DNA of 64,000 nucleotides, from contig JANLSU010000001.1 of the NCBI GenBank assembly GCA_031362565.1, positions 32,524-96,523 on the forward strand. Direction: 5' to 3'. Of the stretch, positions 18,364 through 29,280 are shown one piece after another. Every line of letters starts with the position of its first letter. Position 1 is the first letter of the stretch. The position numbers and the translations under genes are program-made. This stretch comes from a bacterium. Lineage in GTDB: Bacteria > Krumholzibacteriota > Krumholzibacteriia > G020349025. The notes beneath the pieces are model-generated. The model did no database searches. It was given only the letters and a program-made list of their open reading frames with translations, and was not told where the DNA came from.

Positions 18364-20762
18364 CATCTGTGCGATGCGTGTGGCAGGTGATTCGGACGCC
18401 GGCGGCCGTTGCGGCCGTCGTTGGCGCGGTGCTTTTCGGCTTCGCGCCGGTGCGTGCTCAGGATTCTCCCGCGCCGGATTCGACCGCTGCAGAAACCACT
18501 GCGGTGTCGGACTCGACACCCAGCCCTTCCGGTGACCTGACCGGCGAAAGTCGCGACCGCACGACCCAACAGCCGCTGCCGTTCACGGTCATCGAAGTTC
18601 CGGCGCTCGAGCGCCGCGTGCTCGGTGGCCGGGACGGTTGGTTCGTGCTCGAACGCGTGCCGGCGGGGGTGTATACGGTGCGTGCACGCCGGGTCGGGTA
18701 CGCCACGGTCGAAGTGCCGGATGTGCTCGTCCGGCCGGGGAAATCGACGCAACTCGTGATCGAGCTCGACCGGCGCGAGATTCGCGCCACGCCGGTCGTC
18801 GTGCGTGGCGATCCGTTCGCGGGCCGGGCTTCGTCGCCCGCATCCGAACAGGAACTGTCCTACGAGGAAGTGCGCCGCGCGCCGGGCAGTGCGTCCGACG
18901 TCGCCCGCACCGTGCAGGCATTGCCGGGCGTCACCCACACGTCCGATCAAACCTCGGAACTCATCGTGCGTGGCGGCTCGCCGTCGGAGAACCTGACATT
19001 CCTCGACGACGTGCCCATCCCGAACGCCAATCATTTTCCGGAGTACGGCGGTGCTGGCGGGGCGATCTCGATGCTCAACGTGGAACTGGTGCGCGGCGTC
19101 GCCTTCTACACCGGCGGCTTCCCGATCCAGTATGGCGACAAGCTGTCCAGCGTCCTCGAGATCAAGCTGCGCGACGGCAGTCGGCGCGAGCATTCGGGCG
19201 ACCTGGACGTCAGTATCGCCGGCGCCGGGCTCGTGCTCGAAGGCCCCTTCGCGGGCGGCAAGGCGAGCTATCTGGTGAATGGCCGCCGGTCGTATGTCGA
19301 TTTGATCGCCGCCCAGGTCAACACGTCCGCAGTCCCCACGTACAGCGACGTGCAGGGCAAAATTGCCTGGCAACCCGACGCCCGCAATACCTTCACGATG
19401 CTTGGCGTCGCGGGGTTCGACCGGGTGAGTCTCGATGACGGCAAGGATGCCTACAGCCGCGGCTTCGACTTCGTCGACGCACATCAAACGCAATACGCAG
19501 CGGGGGCGACTTGGAAGCGCTTGCTCGGCAACCGCGGCCACTCGCTCGTGACCGTGCATCGGAGCGAGAACAACTTTCGCTACGACATCCGCGATCGTCT
19601 GCGGCCGGGCGCCGCACCGGACTCGGCGTATTTCTCGGACGCCTGGGAATCGGAAACCGGCGTGCGGGCGCGCGCCACGTTGCGCATCGCGGAGCGCACC
19701 GATCTCACCTTTGGCGGCGAAGCGCGCCGGGTGCAATTCAGCCATGACATCACGGCCTTCGCGGACACGGCGCAGGAGGCGCTGCCGACCGGCGTGCCGG
19801 ACAGCGTACGTCTCGTCTTCCTACCGCGGAACGACGTACGAGTGCACGAGATCGCCGCAAAGGGGGCGCTGTTCACGAATATCGAGCATCGCTTTGGCAC
19901 GAGTTGGACGGCGACGCTCGGCGGGCGCTGGGACCGCTTCGACTTTGGCGGCCAAACGGCATTGTCGCCACGCGGCGGCATCACCTGGCGCATCGATCCA
20001 CGGTGGACGGCACGGCTCTCGGCGGGAATCGCGCGCCAAACTCCAGTCTCGGTATTGCTCACGCAGACGCCGGCGGCGCGCCGCCTGCCCTACGAGCGCG
20101 CCGGACAGTTCGTTGCCGGCTTGGACTACCGCTTGAGCCGTTCCGCGCAGGCGAGCATCGAGGCCTATGACAAGCGCTACAGCAGCCTGCCGGTGCCCAT
20201 CGCACGCGGCTCGCGCCAACTCGTCGCCGCGGGCACGGGGCGGGTGCGCGGTTTCGAGGCACTCGTGCAGCAGCGCCTGTTCGATCGCTGGTACGGACTC
20301 ACATCGTATTCGTATTCGCGCTCCGAGCGCACCGACCGCATCTTCGGGACGTATCCGGACGATTGGGATTACCGCCAGGTGTTAACACTTCTGGCGGGAT
20401 TCCGCCCGCGCCGCGGACTCGAGGTTTCAGGCCGCTGGCGCTTCATCGGTGGGCGCCCGTATACGCCACTAACACGCTTCGAAGTGACGCCGCAAGGCGC
20501 CGTGCAAGCCGGTACGGGCTACTGGGTGGGCTTCGAGGGACCGCACAACGGCGCCCGTCTCGCCGCCTATCACCGGCTCGATCTGCGCATCGACCAACGT
20601 CATCAGTTCGGGCGTTTCCACTTGGTGACGTTTCTCGATCTCGAGAACATCTATAGCCGCGACAACGTGCTCACGCAGCGTTACAGTCACGACCGCGCCC
20701 AGCCCGAACCCATCTTCCAGTGGAAGCTGTTGCCCGTCGGTGGCCTGAGCCTGGAGTTTTGA
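18360..20762 (+). CDS. TonB-dependent outer-membrane receptor with N-terminal carboxypeptidase-regulatory-like domain
   Basis: LPGV...LIVRGG, GGFPIQYGDKLSSV plug, beta-barrel strands, YHRLDLR, terminal F; start uncertain. Confidence 0.85.
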   Translation: MTSVRCVWQVIRTPAAVAAVVGAVLFGFAPVRAQDSPAPDSTAAETTAVSDSTPSPSGDLTGESRDRTTQQPLPFTVIEVPALERRVLGGRDGWFVLERVPAGVYTVRARRVGYATVEVPDVLVRPGKSTQLVIELDRREIRATPVVVRGDPFAGRASSPASEQELSYEEVRRAPGSASDVARTVQALPGVTHTSDQTSELIVRGGSPSENLTFLDDVPIPNANHFPEYGGAGGAISMLNVELVRGVAFYTGGFPIQYGDKLSSVLEIKLRDGSRREHSGDLDVSIAGAGLVLEGPFAGGKASYLVNGRRSYVDLIAAQVNTSAVPTYSDVQGKIAWQPDARNTFTMLGVAGFDRVSLDDGKDAYSRGFDFVDAHQTQYAAGATWKRLLGNRGHSLVTVHRSENNFRYDIRDRLRPGAAPDSAYFSDAWESETGVRARATLRIAERTDLTFGGEARRVQFSHDITAFADTAQEALPTGVPDSVRLVFLPRNDVRVHEIAAKGALFTNIEHRFGTSWTATLGGRWDRFDFGGQTALSPRGGITWRIDPRWTARLSAGIARQTPVSVLLTQTPAARRLPYERAGQFVAGLDYRLSRSAQASIEAYDKRYSSLPVPIARGSRQLVAAGTGRVRGFEALVQQRLFDRWYGLTSYSYSRSERTDRIFGTYPDDWDYRQVLTLLAGFRPRRGLEVSGRWRFIGGRPYTPLTRFEVTPQGAVQAGTGYWVGFEGPHNGARLAAYHRLDLRIDQRHQFGRFHLVTFLDLENIYSRDNVLTQRYSHDRAQPEPIFQWKLLPVGGLSLEF

Positions 20763-20767
20763 AGCTG

Positions 20768-22180
20768 ATGCAGAGAATGCCGGAGATCGCACCGGAGCCG
20801 AGCAGTGGGGATGATGTCGGCGCTCCACTCCTCGCGCCGGCGCGCGGCGACATCACCCATGGCCCGTTGACGCGCGCCCTCTTCCGGCTCGCGGGTCCGG
20901 CCATTCTCGCCAAGGCGCTGCACGCGGCGCTCGGACTCGTGGATGTGTTCTGGGTGTCGCGCTTGGGCGCGGCACAGTCGGCGGCGGTCACGACATCGTT
21001 TTTCGCCTCGTGGATCTTGGTGTCGGCCGTCGATCTCACGGCGCTCGGCATCTTGGCGCATGTCGCACGCCACACCGGTGCGGGTGACCGGGCACGCGCC
21101 GGGCACGCGGCGGCCCAGGGTCTCGTGGTCGGGGTGTGGTTGGGAGTGCTCCTCGCCATCGGCGCTTGGTTTGCGGCCCCGTGGCTCTTTCGCACCTTGG
21201 GCACCGCGAGCGATGTGACGCGCGATGGTGTCGTCTACTTGCGCATTCTGTTTCTCGCTGCACCGTTCACCTTCACTTACTTGAATTGTGAGTTTCTGAT
21301 GCGCGCCGCCGGCGACACTCGCTCGCCGCTCGTCGTGGCCGGCACCGCCGTACTGTTCAATGCCGTCCTCGACCCGCTCCTGATCTACGGCGTTGGGCCG
21401 TTCCCACGTCTGGGAGTTGCCGGTGCAGGCTGGGCAACGTTGCTCGCCCAAGCGGTGGCCTGCGCGGTGTTCGCGGTCTACGCTTTCCGCCGCCATCCGA
21501 ATTTTCCACTCACGATAGCCTCGCTCCGCCGTTTCGACGCCCGGCTCACCATGAATCTCCTTCGCATCGGCTTTCCCGGCATGGCGGTCGGGTCGTTCTA
21601 CTCGACGATCTATCTCTTCATGTCGGGCATCGCAGCCAAGCTCGGGACGCGCGAGCTGGCGGTCCTCGGGTTGGCGAATCGGGCCGAGTCGGTGACGTAC
21701 CTTGTCTCCAACGGTTTCGGTGCCGCGACGGCGACGGTCGTCGGTCAATGCCTGGGCGCCGGACGTCCCGAACGTGCCGAACGCGCCGCTTGGGCTTCGG
21801 TAAGCTGGATGACCGCCTACGCCTTCGTGACCGGCGCATTGCTGGTGATTTGGCCGCGGGCGATCCTGCGTTTGTTCACGTCCGATCCGGCGGTCCTCGA
21901 ATTGGGCGCCCCATATTTGCGGATTCTCGGCTACGCACAACCGCTGATGGCAGTGGAGATCGTGCTCGAACATGCGTTCTCGGGGGCGGGTGACACCGTG
22001 CCGCCGATGTTGGTCAGCGTTCCCATGAACGCCCTGCGCGTGCCGCTGCTCTTTTGGGTCGTGCACCGGGGGGGCGGATTGCTGCAAATGGGTTGGGTGC
22101 TCGCCATCACCTGCATGGCGCGCGGCGTGCTCGCGGCATTCTGGTTCCGGCGCGGCGGGTGGAAACATCGCACCCTGTGA
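20768..22180 (+). CDS. MATE family efflux transporter
   Basis: RAAGDTRSPL, NAVLDPLLIYG...LGVAGAGWAT, VGQCLGAG, GAGDT. Confidence 0.92.
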   Translation: MQRMPEIAPEPSSGDDVGAPLLAPARGDITHGPLTRALFRLAGPAILAKALHAALGLVDVFWVSRLGAAQSAAVTTSFFASWILVSAVDLTALGILAHVARHTGAGDRARAGHAAAQGLVVGVWLGVLLAIGAWFAAPWLFRTLGTASDVTRDGVVYLRILFLAAPFTFTYLNCEFLMRAAGDTRSPLVVAGTAVLFNAVLDPLLIYGVGPFPRLGVAGAGWATLLAQAVACAVFAVYAFRRHPNFPLTIASLRRFDARLTMNLLRIGFPGMAVGSFYSTIYLFMSGIAAKLGTRELAVLGLANRAESVTYLVSNGFGAATATVVGQCLGAGRPERAERAAWASVSWMTAYAFVTGALLVIWPRAILRLFTSDPAVLELGAPYLRILGYAQPLMAVEIVLEHAFSGAGDTVPPMLVSVPMNALRVPLLFWVVHRGGGLLQMGWVLAITCMARGVLAAFWFRRGGWKHRTL

Positions 22181-22212
22181 CGGTTTGGTTTCGCAGGTGG
22201 AGGAGAGACGAC

Positions 22213-22662
22213 ATGACGACAATTCGCCGCGCGTTGCCGCACGACCTCGACGCACTCGTGACCGGCAATCAGACGATGGCGCTCGAAACCGAGTCGGTAC
22301 GGCTCGACCCCATGACGTTGCGGGCGGGCGTCGCCGCACTTCTCGAGGCAAGAGAGCCGGGCGCCTACTGGGTGATCGAAGACCAGGGCCACGTCATCGG
22401 CCAGCTGCTCATCACCTACGAGTGGAGTGACTGGCGGAACCGCACCGTGTGGTGGATTCAGTCGGTGCACATCGATGCCGCGCAACGCGGCCGCGGATTG
22501 TTTCGTGCCTTGTACGCGCACGTCCGCGGCGAAGCCGAGCGTGCCGGCGCCGCGGGCTTGCGCTTGTACGTCGACAAAACCAACACGCGCGCCCAAGCGG
22601 TGTACGCGGCGCTTGGCATGAACGGTGACCACTACAGCGTCTTCGAGGACATGTTCACGTAA
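22213..22662 (+). CDS. GNAT family N-acetyltransferase
   Basis: ITYEWSDWRN..WWIQSV, QRGRGLFRALY, LYVDKTNTRAQAVY. Confidence 0.88.
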   Translation: MTTIRRALPHDLDALVTGNQTMALETESVRLDPMTLRAGVAALLEAREPGAYWVIEDQGHVIGQLLITYEWSDWRNRTVWWIQSVHIDAAQRGRGLFRALYAHVRGEAERAGAAGLRLYVDKTNTRAQAVYAALGMNGDHYSVFEDMFT

Positions 22663-22665
22663 CGC

Positions 22666-23874
22666 TCAGGGCCTGGCGGCTTCGAGGACGAATGCCAAGC
22701 CACTGGTGGGCGGGACGAGAAGCGTCAGTCGATCGCGGTCGCGCACCGCGCCGTGGGCCGGAGTAGTAATCCAATCGAGCTTGCCGGCCGGCGTCTCGCA
22801 AACGATTTCGACTTGCGAGGCGGTGGTCGACAGGTTGGCGACAATCACCAGGGTGCCGTTCGCCGTTTCCCAGCGGCCGACTTCGACACCGCGCGGCGCG
22901 CGGGCGATGCGCAACGTCTGTGACGGCTGGGCGCCGGCCAAAAGGTCGAAGAGCCGTGACGCGAGCGCGGCGCAGTCACGGACCGCGCCCCAGAGCGCTG
23001 GCGCAATTTCCGGCAGCGGCCGGTAAGCGCCGTAGGAACCGTTCGGCCCGCGGTGCGGGTCATAGGTCGTCGGGTGCAAATAGGGATAGAAGAACACCCC
23101 CCGCGCCCCGGCCACGAGGGCCGAACAAAGCGACGCTTGCAGCTCGATCGGTGTCGGCGACAGCAAATCGTGCCGCGCCGGCCCCTGGATCAGATCGACC
23201 CCGAAGGCCTGCAGCACGGGCCAGAACGGCGTCTTGAGGCTGTTCACCGGGAAGCGCTCGGAACACGTTTGCAAGCGCGGCGATCGGCGCGAGTCGCGCG
23301 ACACCGGGTAGTAGGTGAACATGCGCACCCGCCCGACATCGAGGAGCGCGTTGTCGGCGTTGCCTTCCTCGATGATGAAGCCGTGCGCCGGGTCTTCTTC
23401 CGAGACCACGGTTGCTGCCAGCAAGACGGCATTCAGATCGCCCTCTTCGGCGCGCTCATCTTCGTACCAGGCGAGCAATGCCGGATGATCGCGCAAGGCG
23501 CGGACGCTGTCGCGGATCAGCGTCTTGCGTCCGTCCCGGAGCCATTCACGCGGCAGGCCGACGATCACGCGCAGCCCACAATGGTGCGCGGTGTCGAGGA
23601 AGGCGCGTGCGTGCTGCACATAGGGCGCCGTATCGTCCGCGGTCACGAGTTCGAATTCGTAGCTGTGGACGACGGTGAATCCCGCCGCCGCGATGAGCGA
23701 GCACGCACTGGCAGGCACGGAGTAGAGGCCGATGATCTGGCGCGGATCGTTGGCGCCGGCTCGGGGCGCGGCGGGCGCGACCGCACCCAGCGCGCCGGCA
23801 GCAACCAGCATCGTGGCCCGCACCGCACAGCGCATGAACGCCGCCGCGGCGCGTCTCGGACTGGAAGGAGTCAT
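22666..23874 (-). CDS. Secreted hypothetical protein, possible glycoside-hydrolase-like TIM barrel
   Basis: Signal-peptide-like N-terminus; GLRVIVGL...DHPALLAWYEDE resembles the clan GH-A 'HPALLAWY..DEP' segment; AGARGVFFY. Confidence 0.5.
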   Translation of the reverse strand: MTPSSPRRAAAAFMRCAVRATMLVAAGALGAVAPAAPRAGANDPRQIIGLYSVPASACSLIAAAGFTVVHSYEFELVTADDTAPYVQHARAFLDTAHHCGLRVIVGLPREWLRDGRKTLIRDSVRALRDHPALLAWYEDERAEEGDLNAVLLAATVVSEEDPAHGFIIEEGNADNALLDVGRVRMFTYYPVSRDSRRSPRLQTCSERFPVNSLKTPFWPVLQAFGVDLIQGPARHDLLSPTPIELQASLCSALVAGARGVFFYPYLHPTTYDPHRGPNGSYGAYRPLPEIAPALWGAVRDCAALASRLFDLLAGAQPSQTLRIARAPRGVEVGRWETANGTLVIVANLSTTASQVEIVCETPAGKLDWITTPAHGAVRDRDRLTLLVPPTSGLAFVLEAARP

Positions 23875-23887
23875 GGCGGCGAGGATA

Positions 23888-24634
23888 CTACGCCCGTGGC
23901 AACGCCGTCCAAGGGCCTCCCCCGAGCGTCCGCAAGAGGCGCTCGCTGTGCCGGGCGGTCGCAGCGTCGCCCGCGGCCCGGCGTGCCGCGATCTGCATCG
24001 CGAGGACATTCAGATCCTCGGGGCGGTCGACGTCGGTCCAAGCGTCGAGCACCGTGATAGTCCGCCCCAGCGCCGCGGCGCGGGCAGAGGTTGCGGCGAA
24101 GGTGTCGGCGGCGCTCCATGGAATGCCATCGAGGAGTCCCGGCACTGGGGTCCGGACCCCGATCGACCAGTACCCACCGTCCGCGGCCGGGCCCAGGACG
24201 AGGTCGGCGGTGCTGAGCGCGACCAACCCGCGGCGGATCATCGCGGCGTCGAGCGCCGGGCTATCGGAACCCAGGAGCATCGCGGCTTCACCGCCGGAAC
24301 AGAGCTGCGTGAACGCCGCCTCGATCCGGTCGCCCAGGCTCTCACCCGTCTGCCCGGCGAGCCGAATGCGGCTCCAGATCGCCGCCTCGAGTCCGGCGCT
24401 CCGAAGCTGCGCCTGCACAAGGCCGGGCGTCTCGTGCCCGCGTGAGAGAAAAAGCACCGGACTCTCGGTGACCCGGCAGGCCGTCTCCAGGGTATCGGCA
24501 AGCGATGCCAGGTGGAAACGTTCGGCATCGGCGCGTGCGAGAGCCGGTTGCAGCCGCGTCTTCACCGCTTCGAGATCCGGAATCTTGGCGAACACACCGA
24601 GCATGGCTTCTTGCCGTTTGGTATCGGGCCGCAT
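23888..24634 (-). CDS. DUF2064/TIGR04282-type glycosyltransferase-like protein (arsenosugar-cluster type)
   Basis: FAK.P...VKTRL, QTGESLGDRI, LLGSDSP, VLGPAADGGYW, IPWS, DVDRPEDL. Confidence 0.85.
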   Translation of the reverse strand: MRPDTKRQEAMLGVFAKIPDLEAVKTRLQPALARADAERFHLASLADTLETACRVTESPVLFLSRGHETPGLVQAQLRSAGLEAAIWSRIRLAGQTGESLGDRIEAAFTQLCSGGEAAMLLGSDSPALDAAMIRRGLVALSTADLVLGPAADGGYWSIGVRTPVPGLLDGIPWSAADTFAATSARAAALGRTITVLDAWTDVDRPEDLNVLAMQIAARRAAGDAATARHSERLLRTLGGGPWTALPRA

Positions 24635-24823
24635 CACGCCTCCGAGAGGCCAGTATCGCACGCGATCGCGGGCGGAAGGCTTGCGATGGGAACGGGAATA
24701 GAGTTCGCAACGGGAAGGTTCTAGCGGTAGGTCTGGCATCGAGGCCTCGAGCTGGCTACAATGGTTCTGTCTGGAGTTGGGCAGCCTGGGACTCGCATCG
24801 CTAGAGGTCTTCGGGGGAGGAGC

Positions 24824-25288
24824 ATGGCGCACCGGAATCGGATTTCAGTCTTGATCGTCACCGCCGTGTTGGCCGCTGCCACAGGCTGTTCGTCACCTTT
24901 TGGTGCTTCTGAATCGGCCAAACAGTCCACTCCGCCTCCGCCAACCGCAGTCGCCGGCATCGAAGTCCTCACCAACCAGGCGTTGGATTCAGATCCTGAC
25001 TTCGCGGCCACCTGTCAAAGCGGCGCCATCGTACGCTTGAATGCGACAGGTTCGGTCGACCCCACGGGCCGCGGCCTTCAGTACCGCTGGCTCGATACCG
25101 TGGAAGGCGCGCCGACGTCCGATTTTGGGCCGGCCTTCCGCCCCTACGAGACCACGGATGTCGTCGCGGGCAACACCCTTGCGACCGTCGGCGCGCACGT
25201 GATCGAGCTGACCGTGACCGCCTCGAACGGCCGCAAGGCGCGCACCACGCTCCGGGTGCTCGTGATGCCCTGCGCGTGCGGCGGCTGA
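24824..25288 (+). CDS. Lipoprotein with PKD-like domain
   Basis: Lipobox-like AATGC; LNATGSVDP.G..LQYRW...HVIELTVT PKD-like pattern; GGAGG RBS. Confidence 0.6.
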   Translation: MAHRNRISVLIVTAVLAAATGCSSPFGASESAKQSTPPPPTAVAGIEVLTNQALDSDPDFAATCQSGAIVRLNATGSVDPTGRGLQYRWLDTVEGAPTSDFGPAFRPYETTDVVAGNTLATVGAHVIELTVTASNGRKARTTLRVLVMPCACGG

Positions 25289-25407
25289 AACCGGCCCGGC
25301 ACCCCACCCGCTTGCCACCCTTCCGGCGCGACTGATAAGGTCGCCGCACTGCCGCTCTCCAGGGGCACCTGAGAGGCGAACGCACTCCAGCCAGAAGGTC
25401 GCCGGCC

Positions 25408-26919
25408 ATGCCCGATTCCCAGGGTCCGCTGCCGCATACCTCGTCGAGTGGGTGGACGAACAGCAAGATCGCCGGCGAAGGCCTGAGCTTCGACGACGTT
25501 CTGCTGATCCCACGCCAGTCGGATGTGCATCCGCGCAATGTCGAGACCCGCACGTTCTTGGCGCGCGGCATCGAATTGAATGTGCCGATCACGAGTTCCG
25601 CCATGGACACGGTGAGCGAGGCGCGTCTCTGCGTGGCGCTGGCCCGCGAGGGCGGGCTCGGGTTCATTCACAAGTCGTTGTCACCCGCCGATCAGGCGGG
25701 CCAGGTGGATCTGGTGAAGCGCAGTGAATCGGGGATGATCTCCGATCCCGTGTCGCTGCCGCCCGATGCCACGGTCGAGCACGCGCTCGAATTGATGGCC
25801 AAGTTCCGCTTTTCGGGCGTGCCGATCGTCGAGGGACACAAGCTGGTCGGCATTCTGACCAACCGGGACTTGCGCTTCGTCGAGGACACGCGGGTTCCGG
25901 TGCGTGCCCTCATGACGCGCGACAATCTGGTGACGGCACCGGTCGGCACGACGCTCGAGGAAGCGCAGCGCATCCTGCACAAGCACCGGATCGAGAAGTT
26001 ACCGATCGTCGACCGTGATTTCCGGCTCGTCGGACTCATCACGTTCAAGGACATTCAAAAGAAACTCGATTATCCGGCGGCGTGCAAGGATGGGCGCGGC
26101 CGCTTGCGGGTCGGCGCCGCGGTCGGCGTTGCCGCCGATACCGAAGAGCGGCTCGAACGCTTGGTGGCAGCCGGCGTCGATGTCATCGGGGTCGATTCGG
26201 CGCATGGCCACTCGACCAACGTGCTCGACCTCGTGCGTCGCATCAAACGCCAGTATCCGGATGTGCCGGTCGTGGCCGGTAATGTCGCGACGTTCGAAGC
26301 GGCGCGCGACCTGGTGCGCGCCGAAGCCGACGGCATCAAGGTCGGCATGGGTCCCGGTTCCATCTGCACGACGCGGGTCGTGGCCGGCATTGGTGTGCCG
26401 CAGATCACGGCGATCCTCGAATGCGCCCGCGCCGCCGCCGATGCGCGCGTGCCCATCGTGGCCGATGGCGGCATCCGCTACAGCGGCGACATCACGAAAG
26501 CCATCGCCGCGGGCGCCGACTGCGTCATGATCGGCGGCTTGTTCGCCGGCACCGAGGAGAGCCCTGGGGAAACAATCCTTTGGGAAGGCCGCACTTACAA
26601 ACAGTATCGCGGCATGGGATCGCTCGGTGCCATGCAGTCCGGCAGCGGGGACCGCTATTTCCAAGGCGGCGAACCGCGGTCGAAGCTCGTGCCGGAAGGC
26701 ATCGAAGGCCGCGTTCCCTACAAAGGCACCCTGCGCGAAATGGTGTTCCAGTTGGTGGGCGGGCTGCGCGCCGGCATGGGCTATTGCGGTGTCGCCACTC
26801 TCGAACAACTGAAACGCGACACGCGGTTCTTGCGGGTCACGTCGGCAGGCGTCCGCGAAAGCCATCCGCACGATGTGGCGATTACCCAAGACGCGCCCAA
26901 TTACCGCCAATCCACCTGA
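25408..26919 (+). CDS. guaB: IMP dehydrogenase
   Basis: [15 protein letters not shown], two CBS domains, [33 protein letters not shown]. Confidence 0.97.
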   Translation: MPDSQGPLPHTSSSGWTNSKIAGEGLSFDDVLLIPRQSDVHPRNVETRTFLARGIELNVPITSSAMDTVSEARLCVALAREGGLGFIHKSLSPADQAGQVDLVKRSESGMISDPVSLPPDATVEHALELMAKFRFSGVPIVEGHKLVGILTNRDLRFVEDTRVPVRALMTRDNLVTAPVGTTLEEAQRILHKHRIEKLPIVDRDFRLVGLITFKDIQKKLDYPAACKDGRGRLRVGAAVGVAADTEERLERLVAAGVDVIGVDSAHGHSTNVLDLVRRIKRQYPDVPVVAGNVATFEAARDLVRAEADGIKVGMGPGSICTTRVVAGIGVPQITAILECARAAADARVPIVADGGIRYSGDITKAIAAGADCVMIGGLFAGTEESPGETILWEGRTYKQYRGMGSLGAMQSGSGDRYFQGGEPRSKLVPEGIEGRVPYKGTLREMVFQLVGGLRAGMGYCGVATLEQLKRDTRFLRVTSAGVRESHPHDVAITQDAPNYRQST

Positions 26920-26927
26920 GGCCCAGC

Positions 26928-27353
26928 GTGTCGACTCTGCGCGTGCGGTTGCGACAACTGGGTGCCTGCCGCGTCGAGCACGTGGAGTCCGGCGCGGTGT
27001 TGGACACCGACCTGCCGCCTGAATTCGGCGGCGCCGGCACCGCCTTTTCGGCCACCGATCTGCTGGCCGCCGCACTCGGCACTTGCATCGCCACCAGCAT
27101 CGATACGGTAGCGGTACGGCACGGGATTCCGCTCGAAGCGATCACCGTGCACGTCGACAAGACACTCGGCACCGAACCGAAGCGCATCCAAGAGCTGCGG
27201 GTGACGATCGCCGTCGCAGTGGTGCTCGATCCGGCGATTGCGCTCCGCCTCGAGCGGGCGGCGGCGGCTTGCACCGTGCACCACAGTTTGCATCCGGATG
27301 TCGCCGTGCCGGTGACCGTCGTCAGCGGCGCTGCCGCCGCTGGGATGGCTTGA
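26928..27353 (+). CDS. OsmC family protein
   Basis: TDLPPEFGG.G.AFSATDLLAAALGTC...CTVHHSL (two conserved Cys). Confidence 0.85.
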   Translation: MSTLRVRLRQLGACRVEHVESGAVLDTDLPPEFGGAGTAFSATDLLAAALGTCIATSIDTVAVRHGIPLEAITVHVDKTLGTEPKRIQELRVTIAVAVVLDPAIALRLERAAAACTVHHSLHPDVAVPVTVVSGAAAAGMA

Positions 27354-27354
27354 G

Positions 27355-28485
27355 GTGGCGAGGCCGCGCCGGCTTCGCGTTGCTGCCGTCGAGCCGTACT
27401 TCGGCGGGTCGCATGCACATTTCCTCCGCGATCTGCAGCGCTTTAGCACGGCGCGCATCGAACTCTTCACGCTGCCGGCGCGGCATTGGAAGTGGCGCGT
27501 CCGCGGCGCCGCGCTCGGTTTGGCACCGGCGCTCGCCGCCGCCCAAAAGCGCGGCTTCGACGTGCTCCTGTGTTCCGATTTCGTCAACGTTGCGGACCTC
27601 AGGGCGTTGCTCCCGCCGGCGCTACGCGCGGTACCGGTGTTGTACTACTTGCACGAGAATCAATTGACCTACCCGCTCTCGCCGGCCGAGGACTTCGACC
27701 CGTACTTTGGTTTTACGAACGTGCTGTCGTGCTTGTCGGCCGAAGCGGTGGCGTTCAACTCGGACTTCCATCGCCGTGAGTTCCTGGCTCGGTTGCCCAA
27801 GTTCTTGCCGCGCTTGCCCGACTACGATCGCCAGGCCGTGGTCGAAACGATTGCCGCCAAGGCCGAAGTGCTGCCGGTGGGGCTCGACGTGGCGGAAATT
27901 ACCGCCCATGCGCCGCCGGTGCACAATGCCGTGCCGCGCATTCTCTGGAACCACCGATGGGAGTTCGACAAGCAGCCGGAAGTGTTCTTTGCGGCGCTCG
28001 AAGTGCTGGCGTCCGAGGCCGTGCCGTTCATCGTCGACGTGCTCGGGGAGTCCTTCGCGCGCCGCCCGCCGGTCTTCGACACGATTCAAGCCCGGTTGGG
28101 CGAGCGGGTCGGGCATTTCGGGACGGTGACGTCACGGGAGGAGTACCTGCGCTGGGCCGGCCGGGCGGACATCGTCGTGTCGACCGCGCAGCAGGAGTTT
28201 TTCGGCATCTCGATGGCCGAGGCGGTGCTCTGTGGGGCGCACGCGATCGCGCCGCGCCGGCTCGTGTACACGGACCTCTATGGCGGGCCGTGTGCGCGCC
28301 TCCATCTGTACCGGGACGAGGCAGAACTGGTTCGCCTGCTGCGGCGCGAACTCAGCGCACCAAAATTACACAATTGTAATCTTGCCGCCCGCTATCGCGC
28401 CTTCGACTGGCGACACGTGGCGCCGCTCTTCGATGCCCGTTTCAAGGCGCTGGCTGCCGGGCGGAGCCGCGCCGGGACTGCGTGA
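27355..28485 (+). CDS. DUF3524-containing GT-B glycosyltransferase (GTDC1/QTMAN-like)
   Basis: EPYFGGSH, LPARHWKWR, YLHENQLTYP, FNSDFH, LWNHRWEFDK, VSTA.QEFFGIS..EA. Confidence 0.85.
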   Translation: MARPRRLRVAAVEPYFGGSHAHFLRDLQRFSTARIELFTLPARHWKWRVRGAALGLAPALAAAQKRGFDVLLCSDFVNVADLRALLPPALRAVPVLYYLHENQLTYPLSPAEDFDPYFGFTNVLSCLSAEAVAFNSDFHRREFLARLPKFLPRLPDYDRQAVVETIAAKAEVLPVGLDVAEITAHAPPVHNAVPRILWNHRWEFDKQPEVFFAALEVLASEAVPFIVDVLGESFARRPPVFDTIQARLGERVGHFGTVTSREEYLRWAGRADIVVSTAQQEFFGISMAEAVLCGAHAIAPRRLVYTDLYGGPCARLHLYRDEAELVRLLRRELSAPKLHNCNLAARYRAFDWRHVAPLFDARFKALAAGRSRAGTA

Positions 28486-28611
28486 GCTTCCCGGCCATCC
28501 GATGTACTGTTCGGTCCGTAGTGGAGATGGGTCGTAGCCGGGGCCTTGTCTCATTGGCGTCGAGTCCCGCCGGGACGTCCCACAGACCGTACAGGCAATC
28601 CTACGGAGGCC

Positions 28612-29280
28612 ATGATGAAGAGGAAGCACTTGTTCGCGATCGGCATGGCGCTGGTCGCATCCGCCGCGGGTCCCACGGCGTGGGCCGCGGACCACAAAGA
28701 CTCGGCGGCGGTGGAACGTGACCCGGCGACCGACATCGCGGATGTCTATGCCTTCCGTCGCGGCGACAACCTCGTGGTGGCGATGACCGTCCAGAGTTTG
28801 TTGGTCTCGGGCAACGCCACGGATCTTTTCAATCCGCGCGCCAAGTATCAGATCTTCGTCGACAACACGCCCGCCGACGCGCTGGCGCCGAACGCGACGA
28901 TCACGGTGACGTTTTCGGGCAGCGCCCCGCAGCAGTTCAAGGTCGAGGGCCTCACGTCGACCCCGATCGTGGGACCCTGCAGCGGCTTCAGCAACGCCGC
29001 AACGCCGGCCGTCACGACGAGCGGCGCCGTCAGTGTGTTCGCCGGCCCGCGCGACGATCCGTTCTATTTCGACCTGGCGGGATTCCGTGAGTTCATCGCC
29101 GGAACGTATGTGCCGGCCTCCGGCCTGCGCAGCAATTCGACTGGCCTGGCGCGCAACACGTTCGCCGGACTGAACGTCGCGGCAATCGTCATCGAGCTGC
29201 CTATCATTGCCGTAACCGGTCAAGCGACTCCGAACACCGGCGTCATCCGCGCCTGGGGCGCGACATCCGTTCTCGAATGA
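28612..29280 (+). CDS. DUF4331 family secreted protein (N-terminal half type)
   Basis: Signal peptide; ADH.D, DIADVYAF, VFAGPRDDPFYFD, NTFAGLNVAAIVIELP. Confidence 0.82.
   Translation: MMKRKHLFAIGMALVASAAGPTAWAADHKDSAAVERDPATDIADVYAFRRGDNLVVAMTVQSLLVSGNATDLFNPRAKYQIFVDNTPADALAPNATITVTFSGSAPQQFKVEGLTSTPIVGPCSGFSNAATPAVTTSGAVSVFAGPRDDPFYFDLAGFREFIAGTYVPASGLRSNSTGLARNTFAGLNVAAIVIELPIIAVTGQATPNTGVIRAWGATSVLE

Noticed and set aside
25325..25380. Possible purine/ZTP riboswitch in the guaB leader (CGCGACTG; CTCTCCAGG/CCTGAGAG hairpin)
   Set aside because: Lacks the GACTGGCG...CGCCTGGG pseudoknot of ZTP and the purine-riboswitch core; only a simple hairpin
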